Shown here piece by piece: positions 19,296 through 28,771 of a stretch of DNA of 64,000 nucleotides. A program made the position numbers and the translations under genes. Source of the stretch: an uncultured Candidatus Saccharibacteria bacterium (GTDB lineage: Bacteria > Patescibacteriota > Minisyncoccia > Phycocordibacterales > G965230995). A model generated the notes under the pieces. That model was not told where the DNA came from. It made no database searches and worked only from the letters and a program-made list of their open reading frames with translations. The number at the start of each line of letters is the position of its first letter. Positions within the stretch are counted from its first letter, which is position 1. The stretch spans positions 211,768-275,767 of the forward strand of contig OZ246398.1 of the NCBI GenBank assembly GCA_965230995.1, given 5' to 3'.

Positions 19296-19772
19296 TTAAC
19301 CAAGAATAATTCTCCTTACAGAAACAGGTCGGTAGTTTTCGAGAAATTTTTCTTTTGTCCAAAAACAGCTTTTTCCTTCCTTTGCAGTTGCGTGCCAAAT
19401 TTCCTTTCCCGCTATCTTTGTAAACAGAGCAGTGTGGAGAGAAACAATATAATCATCTTCTGTTAAAAAGGTCTCTCGACCTTTATTTATTTTTTCTCCT
19501 TTTTTATTACGAATTGTTTCAGCAAAAATTATGTCACCATCATTTAAATTTTCAAAAGAAAATTCTTTTGAATCATCCCATATTAAATAGCCGGTTTCTC
19601 TATAAGAAGTGGGGCAGAGGACTTTTTGTGGTTCAAGAAAAATACCAAATTTTTCAAATATATAATATTGAACAGCTCGCCTGCAATTTCCGACCGTCCA
19701 ATTTTCAAGTAATTTTTCTTTACTTTCCAACGGACCTTCGTCAAATTTATATACAAACTCCTTTAATATCAT
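19296..19772 (-). CDS. NlpC/P60-like cysteine hydrolase
   Basis: GNC...GDIIF...LHTAL...IWHAT matches the Cys-His-His spacing. Confidence 0.55.
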   Translation of the reverse strand: MILKEFVYKFDEGPLESKEKLLENWTVGNCRRAVQYYIFEKFGIFLEPQKVLCPTSYRETGYLIWDDSKEFSFENLNDGDIIFAETIRNKKGEKINKGRETFLTEDDYIVSLHTALFTKIAGKEIWHATAKEGKSCFWTKEKFLENYRPVSVRRIILG

Positions 19773-20635
19773 ACAGATATAATACTATCTTTAATTAGGT
19801 TGTCTTCGTACATAACCTTTGCGACATTTTTCCACAAAAATTCTTCTTTAATTTTTTCTTTTGTGTTCTTTTTGTAAAAAACTCTGAACAATTCATTGCA
19901 TCGGTATATTAAATTAGACTTTTTTGATCTTACAAAATTATGATTCCTTTCTTCTATTTTTATGAAATAGTCCTGGCCTTCTTTGGAAGAAATAGATCCT
20001 CGCAATTGCGTATCTGTTACTCGCAGATTTATTTTTATAGAAAAAGAATATGTGTTTTTAACTTTTAAATCTATTAGGTTATAAAAAACGGTAGCTCCCG
20101 AAGCAAATGGGACTGTTCTACCAGAATCAGGAAAAACGTCTCTTGAATGGTGTTTTCTTTCAACAAAAGCGCATTCTGTTCTTGCGAACATATAAGCCAA
20201 GAGATTTGATAGTTGGCAAAGACCGCCACCAGTGTCTTCTTTTAATTTTCCATCACTTAAAACCAAACCATTTTTGAATCCTCTTTCTTTCGAAGGCTTT
20301 CCAACATATTTCCAAAATGAGAATATTTTTCCGGGTTCGATTGTAACTCCATCCAAATTTTTAATTGCGATTTTAATGTTTTCAATTTTTCCTTCGTCTA
20401 ATTCTCGTTTGTTGTATTTTCTGTAGAGTGGGGAAGAGTGTTCTGATAAATTGAACCATTTATTCAAGCTGGCTTTTTTGTGCAGAGAGAATTTTGGATG
20501 AGTAAAATATACAAGAGCATTAAAAAATCTCTTTGAATTTAATATCAAAGGCAAAACCAGGGGGTATTTTTTTGATAACGAAATACGAGTACTTTTCTCT
20601 TGCGCCTTAATTTCTTCTTTATAATATTCGAGCAT
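19769..20635 (-). CDS. VanW/YoaR family protein
   Basis: IEPGKIFSFW, GGGLCQLS, ERKHHS, GATVFY. Confidence 0.85.
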   Translation of the reverse strand: MLEYYKEEIKAQEKSTRISLSKKYPLVLPLILNSKRFFNALVYFTHPKFSLHKKASLNKWFNLSEHSSPLYRKYNKRELDEGKIENIKIAIKNLDGVTIEPGKIFSFWKYVGKPSKERGFKNGLVLSDGKLKEDTGGGLCQLSNLLAYMFARTECAFVERKHHSRDVFPDSGRTVPFASGATVFYNLIDLKVKNTYSFSIKINLRVTDTQLRGSISSKEGQDYFIKIEERNHNFVRSKKSNLIYRCNELFRVFYKKNTKEKIKEEFLWKNVAKVMYEDNLIKDSIISV

Positions 20636-20756
20636 TTTATTGGAAAAAGTCTTCTTCGATCATATTTTAATTTTCTGGTTCTGTATAGTTCAGGCTGCTC
20701 TGGATTTAAACTTTTAGTATCAAGTCACTAATGGGTTTCTGAAAAGTTTTACGGGT

Positions 20757-21440
20757 TCAATTTAAGATATGAGGATGGCCCTTATATTTTAGAAGTGCTT
20801 CCTTGCTATTAGTTATAAATGCAGCGAGCTTTTTCTCTGAAAGGGAATACCTGTCTCGAGTTTCTCCATCTTGCACGCCACTTAGAATATCAAGTCCGTA
20901 AGGACTCGTCATTTTGATTAACTCGGAAACATTTTGTGGGTTGAGTCCACCAGCAAGTAGTATGGGGATTTTGAGTTTCTCGATGATTTTTTTACTTATA
21001 TTTGGATCACTTACGACACCAGTTCCTCCAAGCTTTCCTTCAAATCTGGTATCAATTAAGAACAAGTCGGAAAATTTTCTGCACTGCTCGTAATAATCGC
21101 TATTAGCAAAATATTTACTCGTGTCCACAGTTTTGATAATCTTCTTTCCTGTTTTTGTCCGTACTTGCTCTATTTGTTGTATGGTAATATCCTCAACGAT
21201 CTGTATCATACTACAGCCGATTTGTTCAGAGACATGGATGATTTCTTCAGTATTTTCAAAATGGGTTACTAGCACCGTCTCAATTCGTCCACTGACGACT
21301 GAGATTATTTTTTTTGCTGTTTCGATTGGGACAGGTTTTGTTAGGTTAGTTCCCCCAATAACGAAACCTAAAGCACTTGCCCCTTTACGCGTGGCCATTT
21401 CTGCTTCCTCTAGTGAAATTATTCCACAGATCTTTATCAT
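20757..21440 (-). CDS. trpF: Phosphoribosylanthranilate isomerase-like TIM barrel
   Basis: IKICGI, GGTG, LAGGLNP, GLDILSGV. Confidence 0.8.
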   Translation of the reverse strand: MIKICGIISLEEAEMATRKGASALGFVIGGTNLTKPVPIETAKKIISVVSGRIETVLVTHFENTEEIIHVSEQIGCSMIQIVEDITIQQIEQVRTKTGKKIIKTVDTSKYFANSDYYEQCRKFSDLFLIDTRFEGKLGGTGVVSDPNISKKIIEKLKIPILLAGGLNPQNVSELIKMTSPYGLDILSGVQDGETRDRYSLSEKKLAAFITNSKEALLKYKGHPHILN

Positions 21441-21562
21441 TTTTTCTGAGTATTTTTTCTGAATACCTATGTTGCTATGCCTGAATATGTTGGTATCAAG
21501 TTCTTGTTGGGGTACGCGAGATTTGAATCCACAGGGACGTCCTTTTTAGGTTCTGTATAGTG

Positions 21563-21649
21563 CGGAGGAGGTGAGATTCGAACTCACGGGACCGTTTCCA
21601 GCCCTCCTGTTTTCAAGACAGGTGCAATCGACCTCTCTGCCACTCCTCC
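21563..21649 (-). tRNA. tRNA-Ser(TGA)
   Basis: GGAGGAG...CTCCTCC-G, CCTGT-CT-TGA-AA-ACAGG, long variable arm. Confidence 0.95.
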
Positions 21650-21722
21650 GCACTACAAACAACCTTATTAATATTTTATGGTGCAAATGCCGTCCGTATA
21701 TTTTGCTTTCGCAAAATAGGTC

Positions 21723-22019
21723 TTATTCTTTTGTTTCAGGATCTTTTTCTTCGGCTTCTGCTTCGTTTGATATTTCTTCTGTCTCTACTCTATATTTACT
21801 TGCAATAAAATAGATATAGATTATGTCCAATATTCCAACGGTGTTTAGAACAAGAAGGATAATAAACCATCTCTTATGTGAAATTCTCGCTGCTTTCCAC
21901 AATGCGATACCTTTCCATGCAATACTCCATGCCATAGCTATAGTAAGCACAACAAGAAAACTTGTTGGTAAATTCAAAGGATTTATACCTGCAGAAGGAA
22001 TGTTATCCATAGGCGACAT
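21723..22019 (-). CDS. Small membrane protein (DUF5652-like)
   Basis: WKGIALWKAAR...WF...NTVGIL motif. Confidence 0.75.
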   Translation of the reverse strand: MSPMDNIPSAGINPLNLPTSFLVVLTIAMAWSIAWKGIALWKAARISHKRWFIILLVLNTVGILDIIYIYFIASKYRVETEEISNEAEAEEKDPETKE

Positions 22020-22086
22020 AATATCAAAAAAATGATATTTGGCAATATGGCTATACATAACAGCTCACTTGATATAATCTATTTAT

Positions 22087-22818
22087 ATGAGATATATCGG
22101 AATAGATTTTGGTTCAAAGAGAATTGGTATCGCTGTTGGGGATAGTGAAAACAACGTAGCATTTCCAAAATGTGTTGTTCTAAATGACAAAGAAACTATT
22201 CTTGCTATCAAAAAAATAATCACAGAAGAAAAAATTGGGGAGATAGTAATTGGCGAATCAAAAAATCTCGACGGAAGTGACAATCCGATAATGAAAAAGA
22301 TTAAAGTCTTTGTGGAGGAAATTAAAAAAGAAACAAATTTGCCAATCCATTTTGAGCCAGAATTTTTTTCTTCAAAACAAGCTTCGCAGATTCAAGGGGA
22401 AAATGAAATGCTCGATGCATCATCGGCATCGATAATTTTAGGAAGTTATTTAAACAAATTAAAACATAAAGAATCAAAAAAAGAGATGGAAAAAATTACA
22501 ATTGATGATTTTGCAAAAGTAGAGATCAGGGCAGGAAGAATAATTTCTGCAGAAAAAATAGAGGGAAGCGACAAACTTTTGAAATTGTCTGTTGATTTTG
22601 GTGAAGAAAAACCTCGTCAGGTTTTGTCGGGGATAGCAAAATATTTTCCAGAAGGCGAAGGACTTGCAAATAAACTTTGTGCCTTTGTTACCAATTTGCC
22701 ACCAAGAGAAATGATGGGCCTTCTGAGCGAAGCGATGATTCTCGGTTTCAATACTGAAGATAATTTTTCTCTAATGAACGTTAGCGAAACGATACCAGCT
22801 GGTACAAAAGCAAAATAG
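22087..22818 (+). CDS. ruvX: YqgF/RuvX nuclease fused to a tRNA-binding OB domain
   Basis: GIDFGSKRIGIA N-domain; C-domain ITIDDFAKVEIRAG...DKLL...SGI...NL...SEAMIL (Trbp111/MetRS C-terminal type). Confidence 0.85.
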   Translation: MRYIGIDFGSKRIGIAVGDSENNVAFPKCVVLNDKETILAIKKIITEEKIGEIVIGESKNLDGSDNPIMKKIKVFVEEIKKETNLPIHFEPEFFSSKQASQIQGENEMLDASSASIILGSYLNKLKHKESKKEMEKITIDDFAKVEIRAGRIISAEKIEGSDKLLKLSVDFGEEKPRQVLSGIAKYFPEGEGLANKLCAFVTNLPPREMMGLLSEAMILGFNTEDNFSLMNVSETIPAGTKAK

Positions 22819-22857
22819 CCCTAGAACTTTTTCGTTTGCACAGATATAATAGGGGAG

Positions 22858-23856
22858 ATGACAGTATCTGCAAAACAGCATAAAAAAAATTTCTTTGATT
22901 TTTTTCCTGCGCCAAGATTTTTAAAAATGTCCACTGTGGGACTCGCTTTTTCTGATGACGCAATTCGGATAATAGAATTCAAAGGCTCTGGTAATTCGGT
23001 TTCTCTCGGTAGATTTGGCGAAGTCGCTTTGCCGATTGGGACAATAAAAAACGGATATATAAACGACAAGGCTACTCTTTCTAGATTTTTAAAGGAAATA
23101 AAATCACGAAAAAATCTCTCTTTCGTGAATGCTTCTTTGCCAGAAGAAAAAGGTTATGTTTTTACATTAAAAGTTCCAGAGCTTTCATATAAAGAAATAA
23201 GAAGCAGTATAGAATTTAAAATTGAAGACAATGTTCCGGTTAATTTGTCCGAAGTTATTTTTGATTTTAATGTCGTCCCTAATTCGAGAGATGAAAACGG
23301 AATGATCGAGGTCGCCGTATCTGTATTGCCAGAGAAAGTCGTCAATTCATACGTGGATGCCTTGCATAGTGCTGAAATAGAGCCTGTTGCTTTTGAAATA
23401 GAATCACAAGCTATCGCTCGTTCTGTAATTTCAAGTGATGACAATAATGTTTATGCAATAGTAAACCTATCAAAATTTAAGATGGGTCTATACATAGTAA
23501 GTGGGGGTGTGGTTGTTTTTACTTCTACTGTATCAATGTTAGATAGGGAAAAAGAACAAACAGTAGAGGCTTTTATGATTGAAGAAATCGAAAAACTTTT
23601 TATCTTTTGGACCACAAGAAAAGGGGATGATATTAAACAAAGCGAGCATATTTCTGCGGTGAAATTAGTAGGGGATCATACAGATATAGAAAGGGTTAAA
23701 GCATTTTTGTCTGCCGGGCTTGTTGTGCCTGTTGAGATTGGTAACGTGTGGACTAATGCTTTTTCTCTGGAAACACACATTCCAGAAATTAAAAAGAAAG
23801 ATTCTCTCAGATTTTCTGCTTCGGTTGGGCTTGCTCTACCGCCATATAATAATTAA
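22858..23856 (+). CDS. pilM: Type IV pilus assembly protein PilM
   Basis: Actin-like fold pattern, first gene of a pilMNO-like operon, ends VGLAL. Confidence 0.8.
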   Translation: MTVSAKQHKKNFFDFFPAPRFLKMSTVGLAFSDDAIRIIEFKGSGNSVSLGRFGEVALPIGTIKNGYINDKATLSRFLKEIKSRKNLSFVNASLPEEKGYVFTLKVPELSYKEIRSSIEFKIEDNVPVNLSEVIFDFNVVPNSRDENGMIEVAVSVLPEKVVNSYVDALHSAEIEPVAFEIESQAIARSVISSDDNNVYAIVNLSKFKMGLYIVSGGVVVFTSTVSMLDREKEQTVEAFMIEEIEKLFIFWTTRKGDDIKQSEHISAVKLVGDHTDIERVKAFLSAGLVVPVEIGNVWTNAFSLETHIPEIKKKDSLRFSASVGLALPPYNN

Positions 23857-23858
23857 AA

Positions 23859-24407
23859 ATGTTTAATTTATTACCAAAACAAGAAAAGGAAAAGATAATG
23901 AAGCAATACAAATTGCGTCGTTTGATAATAATTCTTTTCTTTTCTCTGTTTATTTTTATCTCCGGAGCAATATTCCTTTTACCTTCTTTTATACTCACTC
24001 TATATAGAGAAAAAGATATGCTGTCTCAGGCAAAAACTATCGAGGATGCAAACAAAGGCAACAACAAAGCCGAGCTTGTTTCAAATATAAGGGGAGTGAA
24101 CGATAAAATTAGAAACATAAAGACAAATGAAAACAGGCAAGAATATTACGATATCATTCAGAAAATTATCGAAGAAAAAGACGACAATCTAAAAATAAAT
24201 AGTTTTTTGGTTTTTGATAAACCTGAAGGTGATAAAACACAATACGAAATCCAAATAACAGGAATTGCTAAAACCAGAGACTCGCTTGTTAAATTTAAAA
24301 GCGAAATTGAAAAATCTTCTCTTGGTGCAAAAGTCGACCTACCTGTTGCAAGCCTTGCAAGCGATGTTGATGCCGAATTCGTAATGCGTATCACAATAAA
24401 ACAATGA
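23859..24407 (+). CDS. pilN: PilN-like protein
   Basis: NLLP motif, single TM, position after pilM. Confidence 0.75.
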   Translation: MFNLLPKQEKEKIMKQYKLRRLIIILFFSLFIFISGAIFLLPSFILTLYREKDMLSQAKTIEDANKGNNKAELVSNIRGVNDKIRNIKTNENRQEYYDIIQKIIEEKDDNLKINSFLVFDKPEGDKTQYEIQITGIAKTRDSLVKFKSEIEKSSLGAKVDLPVASLASDVDAEFVMRITIKQ

Positions 24408-24940
24408 AAGAATCAGGGATATTAAAAAAGGGACTTGCAGTTGTAATTGTTCTCAATTTGGGAGCTTTGATTGCATTTGGATATTTGCTTTATGAAATCA
24501 GAAGCAAAATAAAGGCGACAGATGAATTGTCATATAAAATATCAATAGAGAGAAATCAAAACGATATTATAAGTGAAGCAAAAAAATCCCTAAAAGAAGT
24601 CGAGGAAAAGGTCGTGGTGCTTGATGGATATATTTTAAACGAATCAGATTTTCCAGCATTTTTAACAAGTCTTGAAAAAATAGCGAAGGATTTGAACATT
24701 GTTTATAAAAACGAAATAAAAAAAGTAAATAATTCTGATACAAAAACAGAAAAGTTAGAAATAACTTTCGGAATCGAAGGCGAGTGGAAAAACATAATGA
24801 CGCTCGTTGCTTTGGTTGAAAATCTGCCTTTTGAAATCGATATTTCAAATTTCAACATTCGCGCGTCTGATGGATCAGAAAAGAAAATAGCTCCAGTATG
24901 GAAGGGAAGTCTGACCTTTAGCATCGTAACGGTAAAATAA
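24404..24940 (+). CDS. PilO-like protein
   Basis: TM, coiled coil, G...ENLP pattern; operon position. Confidence 0.65.
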   Translation: MKESGILKKGLAVVIVLNLGALIAFGYLLYEIRSKIKATDELSYKISIERNQNDIISEAKKSLKEVEEKVVVLDGYILNESDFPAFLTSLEKIAKDLNIVYKNEIKKVNNSDTKTEKLEITFGIEGEWKNIMTLVALVENLPFEIDISNFNIRASDGSEKKIAPVWKGSLTFSIVTVK

Positions 24941-24941
24941 T

Positions 24942-25265
24942 ATGGATATTGGAAACATATACAGAAAAATAAAAGACGTTGGCAAAATAAAAAAGCTTGG
25001 CCCTTCTTTTAATCCAGAGAGAGATTGGAAAATTATTTTTGTCATAGCAGTTTTGTTTTTTGTTGCCCAGGTTGCATTCAACGGATATATTTTCTGGAGT
25101 GTAAAAGAGGGAAACATATTCAACAGTCAAACAAAAATAGAAGATCATATACCAGAAATACTCGTTAAACAGCTTGAAAAAAACATCTCTTTCTTTGAAA
25201 GTAAAAAAATACGTTTTGACCAAATTAAACAAGATGGTTTAAAAACAGTTGACCCAGCGAGATAA
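24942..25265 (+). CDS. Small single-TM pilus operon protein
   Basis: ORF coupled to pilO, P-x-RDW motif. Confidence 0.6.
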   Translation: MDIGNIYRKIKDVGKIKKLGPSFNPERDWKIIFVIAVLFFVAQVAFNGYIFWSVKEGNIFNSQTKIEDHIPEILVKQLEKNISFFESKKIRFDQIKQDGLKTVDPAR

Positions 25266-25300
25266 TCTGTATATTCTATTTGCATACCATAGTGGTATAT

Positions 25301-25372
25301 CCTCTCGTAGTTCAATGGATAGAACTGCGGACTTCTAAGCCGTCAATGTTGGTTCGATTCCAACCGAGAGGA
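25301..25372 (+). tRNA. tRNA-Arg(TCT)
   Basis: CCTCTCG...CGAGAGG-A, anticodon loop CT-TCT-AA. Confidence 0.93.
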
Positions 25373-25514
25373 CAATTGCGAAGCAATTTTACGAACAGGT
25401 TGGAATCGAACCGTAGGAGGGGGTCGGGGAACCTGGGGTTTCCCGTGGAGGAAGGATTGGGAAAACCGTGGGTTTCCCAGGAGTTCGAAGCGAAGCGTCC
25501 AACCGAGAGGACAA
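25373..25514. repeat. tRNA-anchored palindromic element at tRNA-Arg(TCT)
   Basis: 14-nt antisense T-arm copy at 25399-25412, GC hairpins, 17-nt direct copy of the tRNA 3' end at 25498-25514. Confidence 0.85.
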
Positions 25515-25553
25515 AATTTTTGCCTATAAAACACAAAAGTATATAATCTCTGT

Positions 25554-26687
25554 ATGAACAGGATTTTTAAGAGGCTTTTGTGGGGAAGGAGAAAAGCAGA
25601 CTCTCTCGTGACTGTTTCCATATCTAAAAAAAATATTCTTCACAATCTTTCAGAATTTCAGAAACTGAGTGGTTCTGTTGCTCCGGTTCTAAAGAGCAAT
25701 GCCTATGGACATGGAATTTTGCAGGTGGCACAAATACTAGAAAACTCGAGTGTTCCTTTTTTTGTTGTTGATTCATATTACGAAGCTCATACTCTGAGAT
25801 ATAACGACATACAAAAACCGCTTTTGGTAATTGGTTACACATCAAAAAAAGTAATGGTAGAAAATCGTTTCAAAGAGATTTCTTTTATGGTTACTAGCCT
25901 AGAATCATTGAAAGAACTTTCTGATTTGAAAAAAAATATTTCCATACATTTGAAAATAGATACTGGTATGAATAGACAGGGAATATTGCCTTCGGAATTA
26001 AACGAAGCACTTTCGTTTATTTCATCAAACAGCCAGATATCTCTATTGGGAGTAGCTACACATTTTGCAGATGCCGACAATGAAGATAAAAAATATTCTT
26101 TGGAACAAATATCAATCTGGAATAAATGCGTAGAAATTGTAAAAGGAAAATTTCCTGAAATAAAATATATACACATATCAAATACGGCTGGCCACGCGTA
26201 TATAAACAAAGCCATATCAAATGTATCGAGGCTTGGTATTGGATTATATGGAATAAAAACAGGTGGACCGATTGACGATATGGTTTCTTTGAAGCCTGCG
26301 ATGAAAGTAAAGACAATAATTACAGGAATAAAAAATATTTCAAAAGGTTCTCGTGTTGGATATTCTGGAACTTTTGTTGCTCAGAAAGAAATGAAAATTG
26401 CTACTATACCTTTTGGATATTTCGAAGGTATGGATAGGAGGCTTTCTAATAAAGGCTATGTAAAAATAGGGGATAGTTTTTCAAAAATTGTCGGTAGAGT
26501 GAGTATGAACATTGCAACAATCGACGTTACGTCAAAAAAAGACATAAAGATCGGAGATGAAGTTTTGCTCATAAGCGATAATTCAAATGATAAAAACAGC
26601 ATAGAAAATATTGCCAGGCTGTGTTCGACGATTCCGTATGAGATTTCAGTCCACATTGAGAGAAGTCTAAAAAGAGAAGTTGTTTAA
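25554..26687 (+). CDS. alr: Alanine racemase
   Basis: VLKSNAYGHG, HLKIDTGMNR, GRVSM, TIPYE. Confidence 0.95.
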   Translation: MNRIFKRLLWGRRKADSLVTVSISKKNILHNLSEFQKLSGSVAPVLKSNAYGHGILQVAQILENSSVPFFVVDSYYEAHTLRYNDIQKPLLVIGYTSKKVMVENRFKEISFMVTSLESLKELSDLKKNISIHLKIDTGMNRQGILPSELNEALSFISSNSQISLLGVATHFADADNEDKKYSLEQISIWNKCVEIVKGKFPEIKYIHISNTAGHAYINKAISNVSRLGIGLYGIKTGGPIDDMVSLKPAMKVKTIITGIKNISKGSRVGYSGTFVAQKEMKIATIPFGYFEGMDRRLSNKGYVKIGDSFSKIVGRVSMNIATIDVTSKKDIKIGDEVLLISDNSNDKNSIENIARLCSTIPYEISVHIERSLKREVV

Positions 26688-26736
26688 TCTATGTTGAAAA
26701 AAAATAATATTCATATATACTAGCCATATCGTTTAA

Positions 26737-26809
26737 GGGCGATTAGCTCAGTTGGTAGAGCAACCCGTTTACACCGGGAAGGTCATAGGTTCGAGTCCTG
26801 TATCGCCCA
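26737..26809 (+). tRNA. tRNA-Val(TAC)
   Basis: GGGCGAT...ATCGCCC-A, anticodon loop TT-TAC-AC. Confidence 0.95.
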
Positions 26810-27314
26810 CAGAAAGTAGTATAGAAAGATTATGTTCTACAATTTAGATAGAAATCTATTTTGAAATCCTAGAAAGCTCCTGGGGAGCTTTCGTCCAGGA
26901 CTCGAAGCCCGATTGAGCGACATTGTTTGATTTATCAGACAAGAAGTACTCTTGTGGTGCATAATTACGAGTCCGTTTAGGACGAAGTAATTATCTAATC
27001 GGGGTACTGAACATGTAATGTTCGAGTCCTGTATCGCCCACAATTACAAAATCCACCCACAAGGGTGTGATTTTGTTTGTGGGCGATACATGGCGAGAAG
27101 GCCGGAACCGCACGGAGCGAAGCGGAGTCTGAATTCTTTTTTGCTAAAAAGAATTCAGAAGTGAGGCGGGGTCGCGAACACTTAGTCCGCGCAATATTAC
27201 GAAGTAATATGAGCAGACTTAGTGATTCGTGACCGAGTCCTGGAACATATCGAGCGAACGAGCTTTTTATGAGCCCTTAGACGAAGTAAAAAACCACGAG
27301 AGTGACCGAGTCCC
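26810..27314. repeat. tRNA-anchored palindromic element (multi-unit) at tRNA-Val
   Basis: Antisense T-arm 26896-26906, shared core 26961-26995, 23-nt direct copy 27020-27042, further antisense and hairpin units to about 27314. Confidence 0.85.
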
Positions 27315-27359
27315 TTTCTTTGAAGTGCTTGTTTATTTTTGTTATGTTATCATCTTATT

Positions 27360-28307
27360 ATGGATAAATTACCTGTATCGTTAGTCGGTCTTAAACATTC
27401 CTTTGGTGAAAGAACTGTTCAGAATCATGAAATTGAAGAAAAATATGGTTTACCACCCGGTTGGATTTTAGGTAAAACTGGTAAAGAACAAGGTCATGCT
27501 TGGGACAATGGACCAGAGGCACCAGTGGAAGCTTCTGTTAATTGTCTTAATTTATTATTGGAACAGACAGGGATTAAAAAAAAGGATATAAAGGCAATTT
27601 TTGGAACAACTAATCCAATTACTATTGATGGGGTAACAGATGAAATTTCCTTAACAAAGAAATTTGCTATTAAAGCTGGGTTTCCGGAAGATGTACATAT
27701 TTCAGATGAAGGCTTTGGTTGTGGCGGAGCGGCCGTCGGAGTTGACTCTATGTGTTCATGGTTACGTGATCAACCCGTTGGAACCTATGCTGTTTACGTA
27801 ACACAGGATTGGTCAACAAAAATGGTAAAAGATCGTAATGTTGAAGCTCTTTTTTCTGATGCGATAAGTGTTTCAATCTGGACAAACGGAGAAAGTGGCA
27901 CAATGGAAGTTGTAGATGTCTTTTCTGCTACATCAACAATAGCCGACAGCGCTTTAGGTATAGTCGGAGGATTCTGGGAAATGGATGGAAAAGAGGTTAG
28001 TAAGGCAGCTTCAGAAGTGCCAGCATTGGTGGCAGAAAAATTAGGCATAGAACTAAAAAATTATAATATTGTACCCCATCAACCAAATGCTAAACTTCTC
28101 GAGACAATTGAAAGATTGTATGGAATAGAAGTATATAAAGAAGTGGCAAGGGAACACGGTAATCCGACCTGTTCCGGTGCGTTTATTGCTTTAGAGAGAG
28201 CTTTAGAAAAAGACAGCAAGTTTATTGATACAGAGAAAGATATACTTGTTATGCCTTTTGGTGCGGGGGGTGTTGGTGGTTTTATTCTAAGAAGAAAAAA
28301 TAAATAG
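27360..28307 (+). CDS. FabH/KAS III-like thiolase-fold enzyme
   Basis: GCGG, PHQPN, HGN (Cys-His-Asn triad), FGAG. Confidence 0.8.
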   Translation: MDKLPVSLVGLKHSFGERTVQNHEIEEKYGLPPGWILGKTGKEQGHAWDNGPEAPVEASVNCLNLLLEQTGIKKKDIKAIFGTTNPITIDGVTDEISLTKKFAIKAGFPEDVHISDEGFGCGGAAVGVDSMCSWLRDQPVGTYAVYVTQDWSTKMVKDRNVEALFSDAISVSIWTNGESGTMEVVDVFSATSTIADSALGIVGGFWEMDGKEVSKAASEVPALVAEKLGIELKNYNIVPHQPNAKLLETIERLYGIEVYKEVAREHGNPTCSGAFIALERALEKDSKFIDTEKDILVMPFGAGGVGGFILRRKNK

Positions 28308-28358
28308 TATTTTTTGAACTATAATTTGAAGATTAATAATAAGTTTAAAGTAAAAAAA

Positions 28359-28724
28359 ATGGAACAAACAAATCAAGAAAATTCATCTCCAGTATCACCT
28401 CAAAACAATATTAATGAACCAAAATTAAATATAATACTACCAGCTGTTCTGGCTTACATTTTATTTTTCCTACCTTTGTTTTTTAGAAGTGAAGTAAAGA
28501 ATCATCCTTTTGTTAAATTTCATACAAAGCAAGGTTTTATCCTTTTTGTTTTTAGTCTAATTGTTTCTATACTCGGCTATGTACCTACTGTAAGTGGCTT
28601 TGTTTGGATATTGTCGCTTGCAAACTTTGTGCTATTTATCATCGGAGTACTGAATGTATTTGGAAAAAAAGAAAAAGAATTACCTGTTATCGGTCAGTTT
28701 GCAAAAGAGATAAATTTTCTCTAG
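28359..28724 (+). CDS. DUF4870-like membrane protein
   Basis: LAYI...FVKFHTKQG...LPVIG. Confidence 0.75.
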   Translation: MEQTNQENSSPVSPQNNINEPKLNIILPAVLAYILFFLPLFFRSEVKNHPFVKFHTKQGFILFVFSLIVSILGYVPTVSGFVWILSLANFVLFIIGVLNVFGKKEKELPVIGQFAKEINFL

Positions 28725-28771
28725 TTGCGTCTTGGCTATAAATCCCCAGAGTCTTGTGCTAGAGTACCAAT

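Noticed and set aside
26810-27314. Repeats near tRNAs as a CRISPR array
   Set aside because: No regular repeat-spacer periodicity and no cas genes in the window.
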